From: a virus
Lineage: Duplodnaviria > Caudoviricetes
Strand: one strand, 5' to 3'
IMG/VR virus record: IMGVR_UViG_3300032312_000368
Coordinates: 1-33,692 of that record
DNA length: 33,692 nucleotides
The notes under the pieces were generated by a model. It made no database searches, was not told the origin of the DNA, and saw only the letters and a list, made by a program, of their open reading frames with translations. This document shows, piece after piece, positions 17,006 to 28,800 of the stretch (position 1 is the stretch's first letter; every line of letters begins with the position of its first letter). The position numbers were made by a program, and so were the translations under genes.

Positions 17006-18057
17006 GCGGTGGCGGATCAACATCAACCCAGACCAACAGTATTGCCCCTTGGATGGAGGAGGCGGCTAAGGCGCAGCTTGGCAAAGCTACGGCACTGACG
17101 GACATTGAAAAAAACCCGTACAAGCAGTACGAGGGACAGCGCATTGCTGAATTTGACCCAATGCAGGAGAAGTTTTTTAAGGGCATCGAGAATTTGGGAA
17201 CGTCAGGCGCTTTAGGTCAGGGCATTGATGCCGCTGGTCAGGTTACAAGCAGGGCGCTGGGCACAAGCTACAACCCCTACCAGACAGGTCAGTTCGGTGC
17301 GCAGGCAGGTCAGTACATGGATCCCTACATGCAGAATGTGGTGGACATCCAGCAACGCGAAGCTCAGCGTCAGGCAGACATTGCCCGCACCCAGAGCAAC
17401 GCTACAGCCGTTAAGTCTGGCGCGTTTGGCGGAAGCCGTCAGGCAATTGTGGACGCTGAAGCCGCTCGCAACTTGTTCACCCAAAAAGGCGACATTCAGG
17501 CCCGTGGCTTGCAGGATGCATATACCCGTGCGCAGCAGCAGTTTAATACTGAGCAAGCACTGGGCGAGCAGTCGCGTCAATACGGCGCAGGTCTGAGGCT
17601 TGAGGGATTAAGGACGGCCCTGTCCGGCGCTTCGCAGTTGGGTGGTCTGGGCTCTACCGAGTTTGGCCAGCAAAAAGATATTCTCGGCTTACAGCAAGCC
17701 GCAGGGGGACAGCGTCAGGCTCAAGATCAGATAAAGCTTTCTCAAGACTACGAAGACTTTCTTGCCAAGCAGAAGTACCCGTATCAGCAGCTGGAGTTCA
17801 TGTCCAACATTATGCGCGGTACGCCATATGGTACGACTTCATCAATTTATACGCCCGGAGCGTCTTTCGGCTCTCAATTATTTGGTGCGGGCACATCTTT
17901 GGCTGGCGCGGCGTTGCTAGGCGGCAGAAAAATTCCTTTTATAAGTAAAGAAGGCGGCGTAGTCAACAGCAACGCTGATAACGGCAAAGCATCTAACGCT
18001 AAAGCCAAAAAGAAAAAAACGGCAGGCTTGGCTGAGCTGGCCCTGTCCAAAATCTGA
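17002..18057 (+). CDS. Putative DNA ejection (pilot) protein
   Basis: MSGGGSTSTQT start, Gln/Ala/Gly-rich helices, GAFGGSRQ motif, hydrophobic Gly-rich C-terminal segment. Confidence 0.65.
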   Translation: MSGGGSTSTQTNSIAPWMEEAAKAQLGKATALTDIEKNPYKQYEGQRIAEFDPMQEKFFKGIENLGTSGALGQGIDAAGQVTSRALGTSYNPYQTGQFGAQAGQYMDPYMQNVVDIQQREAQRQADIARTQSNATAVKSGAFGGSRQAIVDAEAARNLFTQKGDIQARGLQDAYTRAQQQFNTEQALGEQSRQYGAGLRLEGLRTALSGASQLGGLGSTEFGQQKDILGLQQAAGGQRQAQDQIKLSQDYEDFLAKQKYPYQQLEFMSNIMRGTPYGTTSSIYTPGASFGSQLFGAGTSLAGAALLGGRKIPFISKEGGVVNSNADNGKASNAKAKKKKTAGLAELALSKI

Positions 18058-18065
18058 GGTACACC

Positions 18066-19793
18066 ATGATTGATGTAAACAAGATTACCTCCACTCTGGC
18101 CAAGTTGCCAGACGCTCAGTTGCAGCAATACGCGCAGATGCACAAAAATGACCCGTACATCATGGCGCTGGCCATGTCGGAGTCTAACCGCCGCAAGGAA
18201 CTGAGAGCTGCCGGTCAAGGCGATCAGGCTGTTGAAGAGCAGCCCAAGGTGGTTGATCAAGAGATCGAGCGCATGGCTGAAAAGCAGCCGCCTAGCCCAG
18301 CGGAAATGGCCCGCATGATGCAGATGATAAATGCCAAGAAGCAGGCCGAGTACGATGCGTTTACACGCCAGCCGCAAGCCATGCCAGAAGAGCAAGGCAT
18401 CGGCCAGCTACCCGTCGGGAATATGGATTTTGCAGACGGCGGCATAGTTGGCTACGCAAGCGGCGGACAGGTGGAGCGCTATTATGCCGGTGGAAGTACA
18501 GCTGAGACTATCTATGACCCGGTAACTGGCGTACCAATTAGCGCCGAAGATACAACCGGGAGCGACTTAACAATGCTGGAACGGATTGGATTGTTTAATC
18601 CTGAAAATCGGCGTGCGCTTGAGCGAGCCGAGGCCCAAATCCGTTTGAAAAATGCCCCCGTTCAACCAGCTGCACCCGCAGCTGCTCCCGCTCCTGCACA
18701 AGTGGCTGCACCTGCTGCAGCTGAAAAAGTTACAACTTCTCGAGTCCCGGCTCCCTCAAACGCTCAACGCGCAGAAGCACTGACCAGCCCAACGACTATT
18801 GATGCACTGCAGGAAAAATATTTTGGTGGCTTTAAGGGAACTCAAGGGGATATAAACGCAAAACGACAAGGCGTGGTGCAGGGCATCAAAGACCTGACTT
18901 TGGCCAACTTGGCAGAAGACCAAAAACTTGCCGAAGAGCGCAGTTCTGACAAAGTTTACAAGAGCAGAGAAGAGCGTCTTGCCAAGCAGGAAAAAGGCCT
19001 TGAGGGCATGGAAGACCGCTACTTGGGTCTGGCCCTGCTTCAGGCTGGTGCGGCCATGATGTCAACACCCGGCGGCATTGGTGCCGCTTTGGGCAAAGGT
19101 GTCAGTGTTGGCGCTGACCGCTACGCAGCTGGCTTGGACAAGATCAATGCCGCTCAATCTAAGTTTGCTGAGGCCCGTGATCGACTGGATGAGTTGCGCA
19201 TCAACCGCGATGACATGAACGCCAAGCAGATTCGTGAATCCTTGCGTCAAGTCAAATCGGCAGATCTTAAGGGCCAAGAGTTCTTGCTCAGCGGTCTGGA
19301 AAAAGACTGGGGTATCGAGCGCGAAATGCTGGGCAAGGTGTTTACAGCTGCCAACGAAGACCTGCAGACAACACGCAGAATTCAAGCTCAAAAGGCTATT
19401 GCTGCCGACAAAGGTCCCAAAGACACCAACGAGCAGATGAGGGCAGCTGTTTTGGCCGACTTGCAGTCGAAGTACCCCGGCGACCCAACGCGAGTTGCAG
19501 CTGAGTTCAATAAGGCCTTCTCTAAGACGGAAGACTTGGAGGCATACTACCGGAAGAAGCAGTTGGATCAACTGGCTGAAGCCAAGGTTAAGAACGCAGG
19601 CGTGCCCGGTGGCGCAATCCCCGGTCAAGCGGAGAAGCTGGATGCTCTTGAGCGCCAACTGATGGGGGTTCGTGGCGGTGCTGCAATCCCTCTTCCTGCA
19701 AACGCATCTGAAAAGACTCTTGTAGCTGGCACAACGTACCAAACGGCAAAAGGTCCGGCAAAATGGACGGGTAAAGAATTTATGCCCATCTAA
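18066..19793 (+). CDS. Putative internal virion / ejection protein
   Basis: GAGG SD; FADGG-YASGG-YYAGG cluster; Pro/Ala linker; coiled coils; hydrophobic LGLALLQAGAAMM segment. Confidence 0.65.
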   Translation: MIDVNKITSTLAKLPDAQLQQYAQMHKNDPYIMALAMSESNRRKELRAAGQGDQAVEEQPKVVDQEIERMAEKQPPSPAEMARMMQMINAKKQAEYDAFTRQPQAMPEEQGIGQLPVGNMDFADGGIVGYASGGQVERYYAGGSTAETIYDPVTGVPISAEDTTGSDLTMLERIGLFNPENRRALERAEAQIRLKNAPVQPAAPAAAPAPAQVAAPAAAEKVTTSRVPAPSNAQRAEALTSPTTIDALQEKYFGGFKGTQGDINAKRQGVVQGIKDLTLANLAEDQKLAEERSSDKVYKSREERLAKQEKGLEGMEDRYLGLALLQAGAAMMSTPGGIGAALGKGVSVGADRYAAGLDKINAAQSKFAEARDRLDELRINRDDMNAKQIRESLRQVKSADLKGQEFLLSGLEKDWGIEREMLGKVFTAANEDLQTTRRIQAQKAIAADKGPKDTNEQMRAAVLADLQSKYPGDPTRVAAEFNKAFSKTEDLEAYYRKKQLDQLAEAKVKNAGVPGGAIPGQAEKLDALERQLMGVRGGAAIPLPANASEKTLVAGTTYQTAKGPAKWTGKEFMPI

Positions 19794-19805
19794 CAGGAGC
19801 TGTAA

Positions 19806-22800
19806 ATGGCAAAAGGGTTTTCACTGGAAGAGGCGCTCGGAACGCCAGCGCAAGCAGCAACTGGGTTTTCTTTAGATGAAGCTCTTGGGCGGCAGACAAA
19901 ATCTACAGAGCGTACGGTCGGCGAAGCTGTGAAAGACGTGGGTGCTGGACTTGTGTCTGGTACTGGCGCTTTGGTTCAGATTCCCGGTCAGCTCTACGGT
20001 TTGGCCACGGGCGACTTTTCCAAAACTGGCTCACTAGGCCTTGGTGAAGATATCGCCAAATACGGCGAAGAGATGAAGTCTGCGGGTTTGAAGGCCCGCG
20101 AAGCTGCTCGTGCCGCCAAAGTGCAAGAGGCGGAAAAAGAAGGTCAGTTTGCTGCGTTTAAAGCTGGATTTGGCGAAACCATCACTGACCCGGCTTTGTT
20201 TTCATCCTTTGTTGCCGAGCAAGTCCCAAACATCCTACCCATGCTTTTAACGGGCGGTGCCACTGCCGCCTTGACCGCTGGACGCGCATCTGCCGCCGCT
20301 TTGGCCAAGGGCGCTACCAAAGAAGCTGCCGCTGCCGCAGGCAAGATTGCTGGCGCTCAAGCTGGCACAACCGCCGCCATTGGGACTGGCGCTGTCATGC
20401 AGGGCGCAGATATTGGTGCCGGGACGTATGACGAAATTTACGACGAGCTACGTGCCAAAGGCCTGTCTGACGAGCAAGCTGCCTCCGAGACAATCAATAA
20501 AGCGCGTGCCGCTGGCGCAACTGGTTTTGCGTTGTCTTTGGTGGCAAACCGATACCTCCCCGGCGGCAAGGCTCTGGAAGAAATTCTGTCTGGCAAGAAA
20601 ATCACCGGCAGCCGTATTGGCTCTGGTATTGCCACGGCTCTAAAAGAAATTCCAAGCGAAAACATTGAAGAGGTCGGTGGTCGTATTGCGCAAAACGTTG
20701 CCGCACAACAAGCTGGACTTGACCGCGAGTTGCTGGCTGGCACCGGGGAAACTGCGGCATTGGCTACGCTTGGTGCTGCTGGCATTGGTGGTGCTGCCGG
20801 TGTGCTTGCGCCGCGAAGCAGCGAATCAGAACAAGCCGCCAAGGCGGCTAGTCCCTTTACACAAGAAGAAGAGGCGTTTCGCAAGCAGTTTGGAGCCACT
20901 GAGGCCGTGACCGCTCCCGCAGAGGAGGCTGCGCCCGAGCCAGTCGAGCCACCCACAGAACTCCCCGGGGGTTATGTTGCCACCCCTCGAGAACTCAGCC
21001 GCCGTGAAGTGCCGGAGTCTTATGGCATCTTTGCCTCAGGCTCAGACCAGCCCCTGACTACTGTATCCACCCCTGAAGAAGGGCAGAAGAAGCTTGAGTC
21101 CCTGACCGAGATTCGCCAGCAAGAGCAAGAGCGCCTCATGGCTGAGGGCGACAAGATCATGAAGCCTATTGAGGCGGCTCGTCGCAAGTTGGAGGTCATG
21201 GAGGCCACAGGCAAAGCCAACACGGATGAATACGTGCAATCCAAAGCGCTGCTCTCCCAGCAAGAGCAGGAAGCTGATGACAGGTTTTCCGAGATATTTG
21301 CGGAAATTAACAGCTACTCTGCGCCTTTGACTATCGCGCCTGTCGGCACTCGCACTCAGGTAGACCGCGAGTATGTTGTCAATCGTGGTGATGAGCAGAT
21401 TGGTGCTTTCGGGTCTTTGGAAGAAGCTGCGGCCACGTTGCGCCAACGCGAGCCTGAAGTGTTTAAACAAGCAGAATTGGCTGCTGCTGCAGCTGAGGTT
21501 GAGACACGTCGTAAGCAGATCGAAGCAACACTGCAGCCCATGATGACCAAGTTCGGTCTTGGCGATGTGGGCTTGAAGATTGTTGACAGGATTGCTAACG
21601 ATGCTGGCGGCAGCTATCTGGATAGCCTGATTCAAGTTGCCCTGACAGAAGACAACCCCGTTCAAACGATGCGGCATGAGTCTATGCATGCGTTGAAGGA
21701 CTTGGACTTCTTTGCCCCTCAGCAGTGGAATGCGCTGACAGAGCAGGCAAACAAGAAGTGGATCAAAGAGTACCTCGAGGATCAAACCGCGCAGGTTGAA
21801 GTTGATGGCAAGCCACAAGAGATAAGCCGTCGTGATGCGTACGTGGACATGTTTACCAAAGAAGGCCAGAAAAAGGGACTTGAGGGCCCGGAGTTGGATC
21901 AGTACGTTCAAGAGTCTTTGGTTGAGGAAGCTGTGGCTGATGCCTTCGGCGCTTACGATCGTGGAGAGTTGCCGCCCTCCAGCATGATTGCTGGCTTATT
22001 TAAGAAGCTTAAAAACTTCTTCTTAAACTTCGGCCAAGCTCTGCGTGGCGCAGGCTTTGAATCATCAGAAGACATCTTCCAAAGCATCGAGCGCGGGCAG
22101 TTGAAGTCTCGCAAACCAAAGGCTCCCGCCGCAGAGAAAATGAGCCTTGCCGGGGCTGGCAAGCCTCTCTCAACGCGCAAAATCATGGAGCAGCAAACTC
22201 CTGTTTCGCAGCAAGATCTTGGTTTAAAAACAGAGGCCAATCGCGGTCGTTTTAACAATGTCCGAGACATTGCCAAGGCGCTTAACCAGCAGACCTTAGA
22301 TCAACTTGGGGCGATGGATCGTAACAAGCTGACGCAAGATGAGTCCACAAAGATTGCTGAGGCGATTGCTGACGAGGTGGCATATCAGTTGGGCACATCC
22401 GCGCAGACCGGAACAGGCTTGGGTTGGTACTCCAACAACTATCCAAACGCCGTTAAGCGTCTGGGTAAGCGCTTCCCTGAGCTGAGCACAAACAAACATG
22501 CCCGCTCCGTTTTCTCTGCGCTTGTAGCCGTCACCTCAAATGGTGAGCGTGTTGCCAAGAACATCGACAACGCAATTAAGTTGTACGCCAAGCTGCGCAG
22601 TGGCAAGCGATTGGTTGCTATGGGCAATCGTCGCCCAACTGCGCTCCAGAGCAACTTGCAAGTTATTCAAGACCTTCTCGCCAAGCACGGTCAAGACTTT
22701 GAGAGAGTGCTGCGCCAAGAAATCACCGTCAAGGAAATGAACGCCCGTTTGCGCGAAATGGGTGAAGAGACAGATGGCAGCTATCTTGCCAACACTGTTG

Positions 22801-25800
22801 TCCCAGCGGCAGCGGTTTACTTTGGCCCCAAGCTGGGAGCGTTCTACGCCAACCTATCGGGCTCAGAGGGTTACTTGACAATGGACTTGTGGTGGACTCG
22901 ATCCATCAACCGCATGCGCGGCTTGTTGATCCCAAAGGCCACCGAGGCCTCCATCAGTAAGTTCCGTGACATGATGGATAGACCTGATGCCACTCGGGAT
23001 GAAGTCATTGCAGCCACAGTTCCTTTGCGAAACAAGTACGAGGAATACGGCTGGACAAGCGAACTTGAGCACTTGGCCGGGAAAAAAGAACCAGCCAAAA
23101 AAGCCGCAAAAGAAGCTTGGTTTAAAGCTGCCGAAGAGAAGGCGGGTGACGCTTACGAGCAATTGTTATTCGAGCACAACCTTGAGAAGATGGCAAACAC
23201 CATCTACAAGAACGAATTTGAGATGTTGGAGGAGGCTCCGTTTACAGCCACCGATCGCAAGTTCATGTATGACGCAGCACGCAAGGCTCAAACGTTGTTG
23301 CGTAACGACGGAATTGATCTAACTCTGGCTGACATTCAGGCTGCTCTTTGGTATTATGAGAAACGCCTCTATGCAAAACTTAGTGGGAGAAAAGCAGATG
23401 ACATTGGATATGAAGAAGCAATCATCGCCCAAGCAAATCAGGGTTCTGGACGAGCAAGACCAAGTGTGGTCTTCGATCAAAAACCTGACGGCAGGGATGA
23501 GCGCGGAGCAGAGGTCGCAGTTTCTGATGAAGCTCGTGGACTCGATGGAGAAAAGCTCTCCATCAAAAGGGGAGTAATTGCCGAGGTAGCACCCAACCCC
23601 GACCAAGTCTCAGCAGAGAAGTGGCGGGAGATGACCCCGGCAGAGCGGCTTAATTCAACTAAAGCTGTTGCAAACAAGACCATGTCCTCCGTGTTCTCGG
23701 AGCTTGGCTTGCGCGGGTACAGATATCAATTCTCAACTGGCAAGTACGAAGGCGAAGTCAACCCCAACATTATTGTTGAGGCCCCTGAGAGCGCAACCGT
23801 TGAAGAGCTGGACGAGCTGGCCCGTGTTCTGGGGTACGTACTTGATCAAAAGGCTATGGTGGCCTTTGACGAGACCAACAAAACATCCGACAGTCAGGGC
23901 GGGTTCGTGAAGGTTGTCATTCCTGAGGGCATGACACCAGACCAGTTAAGCGAACTGCGCGACCACATCGCCATGAAAGTCCCACAGGCGGATGGCGACA
24001 CACTGCGTGATGGTGAGCTGGTGTACGGTAATTTTTCGGCGTACAACGATAACGTTGACACCCTGACCGACAAGCAATATCATGAGGCAATCATTGATGC
24101 TATTGAATCATTCCCTTACGAAGGAAAGATCCGCGTTTCTGACCCAGAGACGTTCCATAGTTCATTCATCGCACCTGACACAAGAAGCGACTATCTAAAG
24201 GAAACACGATATGGCGACAGTAGAAAGATTCAAGGAGAAGCCGGGGCAGATGTTCGGGGGCAAAGGAGTCGCCGTCTTCAGGCCATTTCAGAGGACGCAA
24301 TCGCCCTCCGCGACCGGTGGATTGACGCCAGAGGAGCAGCTCGCCTCGCAGGCCTCAGAAGCGTTCCAACGGTGGATGTCGGCAAACCAACCGCAACCTA
24401 CGGAAACGCCAAAGAAGGATCGGTAAGCGCGGTAGGGGTTCACTTCAGCAAGGCCCCGAGGAACGTCATTGATTCCTCTTTCTATGGCGCTGGCTTGCGC
24501 GGCGCAGAGTCGGAGCGACTTGATGATCGCAAGAACTCTGACATCCGTGGCCGTATTTATTTCTACGTAGACAAAGGCCAAGGCGTGCGGCCAGAGGCTG
24601 GCGTGGGCGGCTATCCTCACGTCATCACCTTAAACAATCTTTACGATGTAACCAAAGACCGGCTTGGTATCGTTAAAAACAACAAGGGTGAAACTGAGGC
24701 CGACCGCAACAGCAACCTTGAGCGAAACATTAAGAAGGCCGGGTTTGACGGCTTCTTGTTCAACGACCCGCTTCAAGCTCAGGGTTATGCGGTCTTGATC
24801 GGCAAGCATGCCGTCAACACCAAGTTCAGCTTGCGCACGACTGCTACGCCAGAGTTTAAACAGTGGTTTGGCAGCAGCACAATTGTTAACAGTGACGGCA
24901 CGCCCAAGGTCATGTACCACGGGCTGGCAAAAGACACGACCGACTTTACGCGCAAGACTGAGCGTGGCGCTCCCATCTTCCTGACGGACGATCCCAAGTT
25001 TGCGGATCGTTTTGCCACCGACAGTTATTTGCAAGTTGCTGATCACCCTGAAAAATATCTGACCAAGGCACAATTGGAGGATGGTGAGAAGAAGGCCATC
25101 TCTGCCATCCGCAAAGATTACAAGAAAGACACTTTGGGCAAGGAGATGATTGCCAGCATCCAAGACGGCAGTCCTACGCCGGAGGCAAGAGAGTACCTGC
25201 AAAAAGAGTATGTAAACATGCTCCCGACTGGGCCGCATATCATGCCCCTGTACGTTCGTGCCGAGCGTCCTTTTGACTATGAGAACCCTTCTCACATCAA
25301 GCGTTTGAAGCAAGAGATCGCGCTTGACCCTGACACATGGAACGACATCCGCAGCGGAAGCTGGGAGTCCATTGAAGCCGCAGAAATTCAAGAGGCCATT
25401 CAGTTTGCTGGCTTTGACTCCTTCTATGTCAAAGAGCATGGCCGCAAGAACCTTGCTGTCTACCAGCCGAACCAAGTCAAGTCTGCCACAGGCAACATCG
25501 GCCAGTACAGCCGTACCGACAACGATGTCCGTTACAGCTTGAAGAACGTAGCCTTCCCATCCGCCAAAGAGGCCAAAGAAGCCGTAGCCAAGACCGAGGT
25601 ACCAAGCACTCCGGAGTTTAAACGCTTCATCGCGGGCAACCAGTGGAACGACGCCGATGGCAAGCCAATGCGCTTCTACCACGGGACCGCGCAAGAGTTC
25701 TTTGAGTTCACGCCAGCAGGCAAAACAGGTGTTGTTTACCTGTCGGAAACTCCAGAAGAGGCGGAAGTGTTTGGAGAAATTGCTGAAGACCGCCTGCGCC

Positions 25801-28800
25801 AACAGGTTTACCGCGCTCTCACAAAAGAAGAGAAGCTGCCTTTCTTCCAAAGAATTGTTGACGAGAAGGTGAGCAAGGGCTCAATGACTGAGCAAGAGGG
25901 CGCAGAGTTCATGCGTCAGGCTAAGCGCAAGATTCCCGAGTACGGCCAGTTTGGCGATATGGAGTCTGCGGTTAAAGCTGCCCTAATTGATCTATCTCCA
26001 ACGCGCATGTCCATCATGCCGCTGTACGCTAGGGCAGAAACTCCTTTTGACTTCCGCAATCCAGAACATGTGCAACAAGTTGTGGATGCAGTGCAGCGTC
26101 CTGACGCCAAACTGTCTGAAGAAGTCAAACAGCAGGCCAGAGAAATTGGCGCACCTACCGAGTACCCAGATCACTGGTATCGTGGCTTGCCGGGGCGATT
26201 GAAACAGGGTTACCTTACAAGCATTGAGCAGGCCCCTATTCAGGTGGCACTCCGCAAACTCGGGTTTGATGGGTATATTGCCCGTCGCAATCGCACCTCT
26301 CCACTGGCATATGCCGTTTACAAGCCTGAGCAGTTGAAGTCCATCACCGGCAACATTGGTGAATTCGACCGCGAAGCTAAAGATATTCGGTACAGTCTGA
26401 GGAAGTTTGACAAGAATGATTTGCCCCAAGATAAGAGCCAATATGTTCTTCCGGAAAATACACTGCTGTATCACGGGGCGTACAAAGAACGTGCTGATCG
26501 CATTGAAGAAACCGGAGGCGTTTTGCTTTCCCGTCCTCCAATAAAGGTTAGCGGCGGTGCGTTTGACGAAGGCGGGTTAATTTTCTTTGGCGACGAAGAA
26601 ACTGCAAAAAATTATGCAGAATCTTTGGCAGACCCAATGTCTGTCCAGTCTGCAGCAAAGGCTGGAATTGAGCGCTTGTCGGGTAAAGTTTTTGAGACTG
26701 CTACAAATCGACCTTACAAATTAATTAGTCGCCGGTACAAAATGAATGCCGCAGAGGCGAAAGCCCTGAATGAGGCGCTTGGATTGCCGGATTACAAAAG
26801 CCTTGACGCCGGTGATTCCTTGGTAATTGCTGCAGGTCGTGCTAATGATTTTAGAAATAGCAAAATCGACAGGTACATGGTTGAAAAGTCTTCGGGAAAT
26901 AAGCAGGAGATAAGTGCTCCTTGGCCCGTCATTTTTAAAACGCTTGGGGTAGATGGTTATTATGATGACTTTGCAATTGCGCTGACGGCAGACAATGGCA
27001 TCCGTTTGATTGGCAAAGATGGCAAGTTGGAGAAATTTAGCCTGCCCACCATCCCAACTCAAGTCGATGCCCGCATCGGCGAGACAACGTTTAAACGTGA
27101 AGATAAGGGTTTCTTTGAGCGGATGGTCGAGGCCATCTCTCCGCGTAGTGCTGCCCACTTCCGCGCTCAGTACCTTAACCGGTACAACCAAATGTCTGTC
27201 TACGACAAGAAGCTGGCCGAGATGATGGGCGGCTCCGCCCTCCTCGCAGATCAAAGCGCAGAATCTGCTGCACTGATGTCTGATGTCGGCGCAGGTATTG
27301 CCGCATCCGCTATGGGCTTTGGCGACCGCAACGGCGGCATCCCTATCCTGCGCAACGGGATCACAACCATTGACAGAAACACCAAAGGCTTGATTGCATC
27401 CCTCGCCCCTCTCGCTGCATACGGGGACGCGAAGGTTTATCAGCGCTACCAATACTGGGCGATGGTTAAGCGCGGGCAACGTTTAAACAAAGAAGGCAGG
27501 CTGACCGGCATTGATTCTTCCGACGTTGCATTTGCAGCCATGCTGGAGAAGAAGCACCCTGAGTTCGTCAGCGTCCAGAAAGATCTGATCGCCTTCAACA
27601 ACGGGCTGGTTAAGTACATGGTGGACACTGGCGTTCTTTCCAAAGAGCGCGGTCAGATGTACACGAAGTATGCCGACTACGTCCCGTTCTACCGCCAGAT
27701 GGACGGCGAGAACACTCTCGGGCCAAACCTGTTTCAGTCGCTCGCTGGCGTTAAGCCGCCCAAGAAGCTCAAGGGCGCAGACGTAGCCGAAGCTCCGTTG
27801 GCCGACTTCCTTGAAACGATGGTGCGTAACACTCAGTCCGCCATTCAGGCGGGTGTAAAGAATTACGCCGGTCAGCGAGCGATCAAGGTTGCAAGCCAAG
27901 TGCAGGCACCGGGCATGGGTGTTACACGTTTAAACACCAAAGAGACCGGGCCAGACATCATCAACGTTCTGGAGGCTGGTAACCTTGTTTCGTATCGCAC
28001 TCCGGACAAGTTGCTTGTTGATGCGGTTGGGAGCTTGAACCAATCCGAACTTCCGTTCATGGGAATCCTGTCGGCCCCAGCCGACCTATTGCGCAACTTG
28101 GTTACCAAAGATCCCGGCTTTATGATGGCCAACTTGTTGCGTGACTCTATGTCTGCGTGGGTGACTTCGGGCCAAAAAATGACGCCTATCGCAGGAACGG
28201 TCATCAATTTTGGCAAGGCTCTTACAGGCAACTCGCCCGGGTTCCGGGCTCTTCAGGACGCAGGCATTATTGGCGGCTACGAGTTCAGCGCCAACGTCGA
28301 GCAGTCCGGGTTTAAACTGGAGAAGGACTTGGCTGCAAAGGCGGGCAAGAAAGGTCCGATCTTGCTGCGCCCGTTTACATCAGTTTGGGATGCGCTGGAG
28401 AAGGGTACAACAGCCTCTGACGCAGCTACCCGGTCACTGATATACGAGCGGGTCTTGGCTGACACGGGCAACGAGGCCGAGGCTCTGTACAGATCCCTCG
28501 AGGTTATGAACTTCCACCGCAAGGGCAGCTCTCCCCTGATCCGGTTGCTGACTGCGGCTGTTCCGTTCTTTAACGCTAGGCTGCAGGGTCTGGATCTCTT
28601 CTACCGCGCATCGACGGGCAACATGAATAGCAAGGACGCAGCAGCTATCCAACGCCAGTTCTGGGCTCGCGGCATGACCATGATGGCCCTGTCTGCGGCC
28701 TACTGGTTCATGGTCTCCGACGAAGAGGAGTACAAGAAGCAGGAGCAGGAGACCAGAGACAACAACTGGATCATCCCGAGCATCGGCGTCAAGATCCCAA

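Noticed and set aside
24630-25850. 406-aa antisense ORF and other long - strand ORFs over the late operon (e.g. 21042-21911, 26721-27479, 28434-29117, 19062-19742)
   Set aside because: They lie wholly opposite well-supported genes, have no recognisable motifs and are expected as codon-bias shadows
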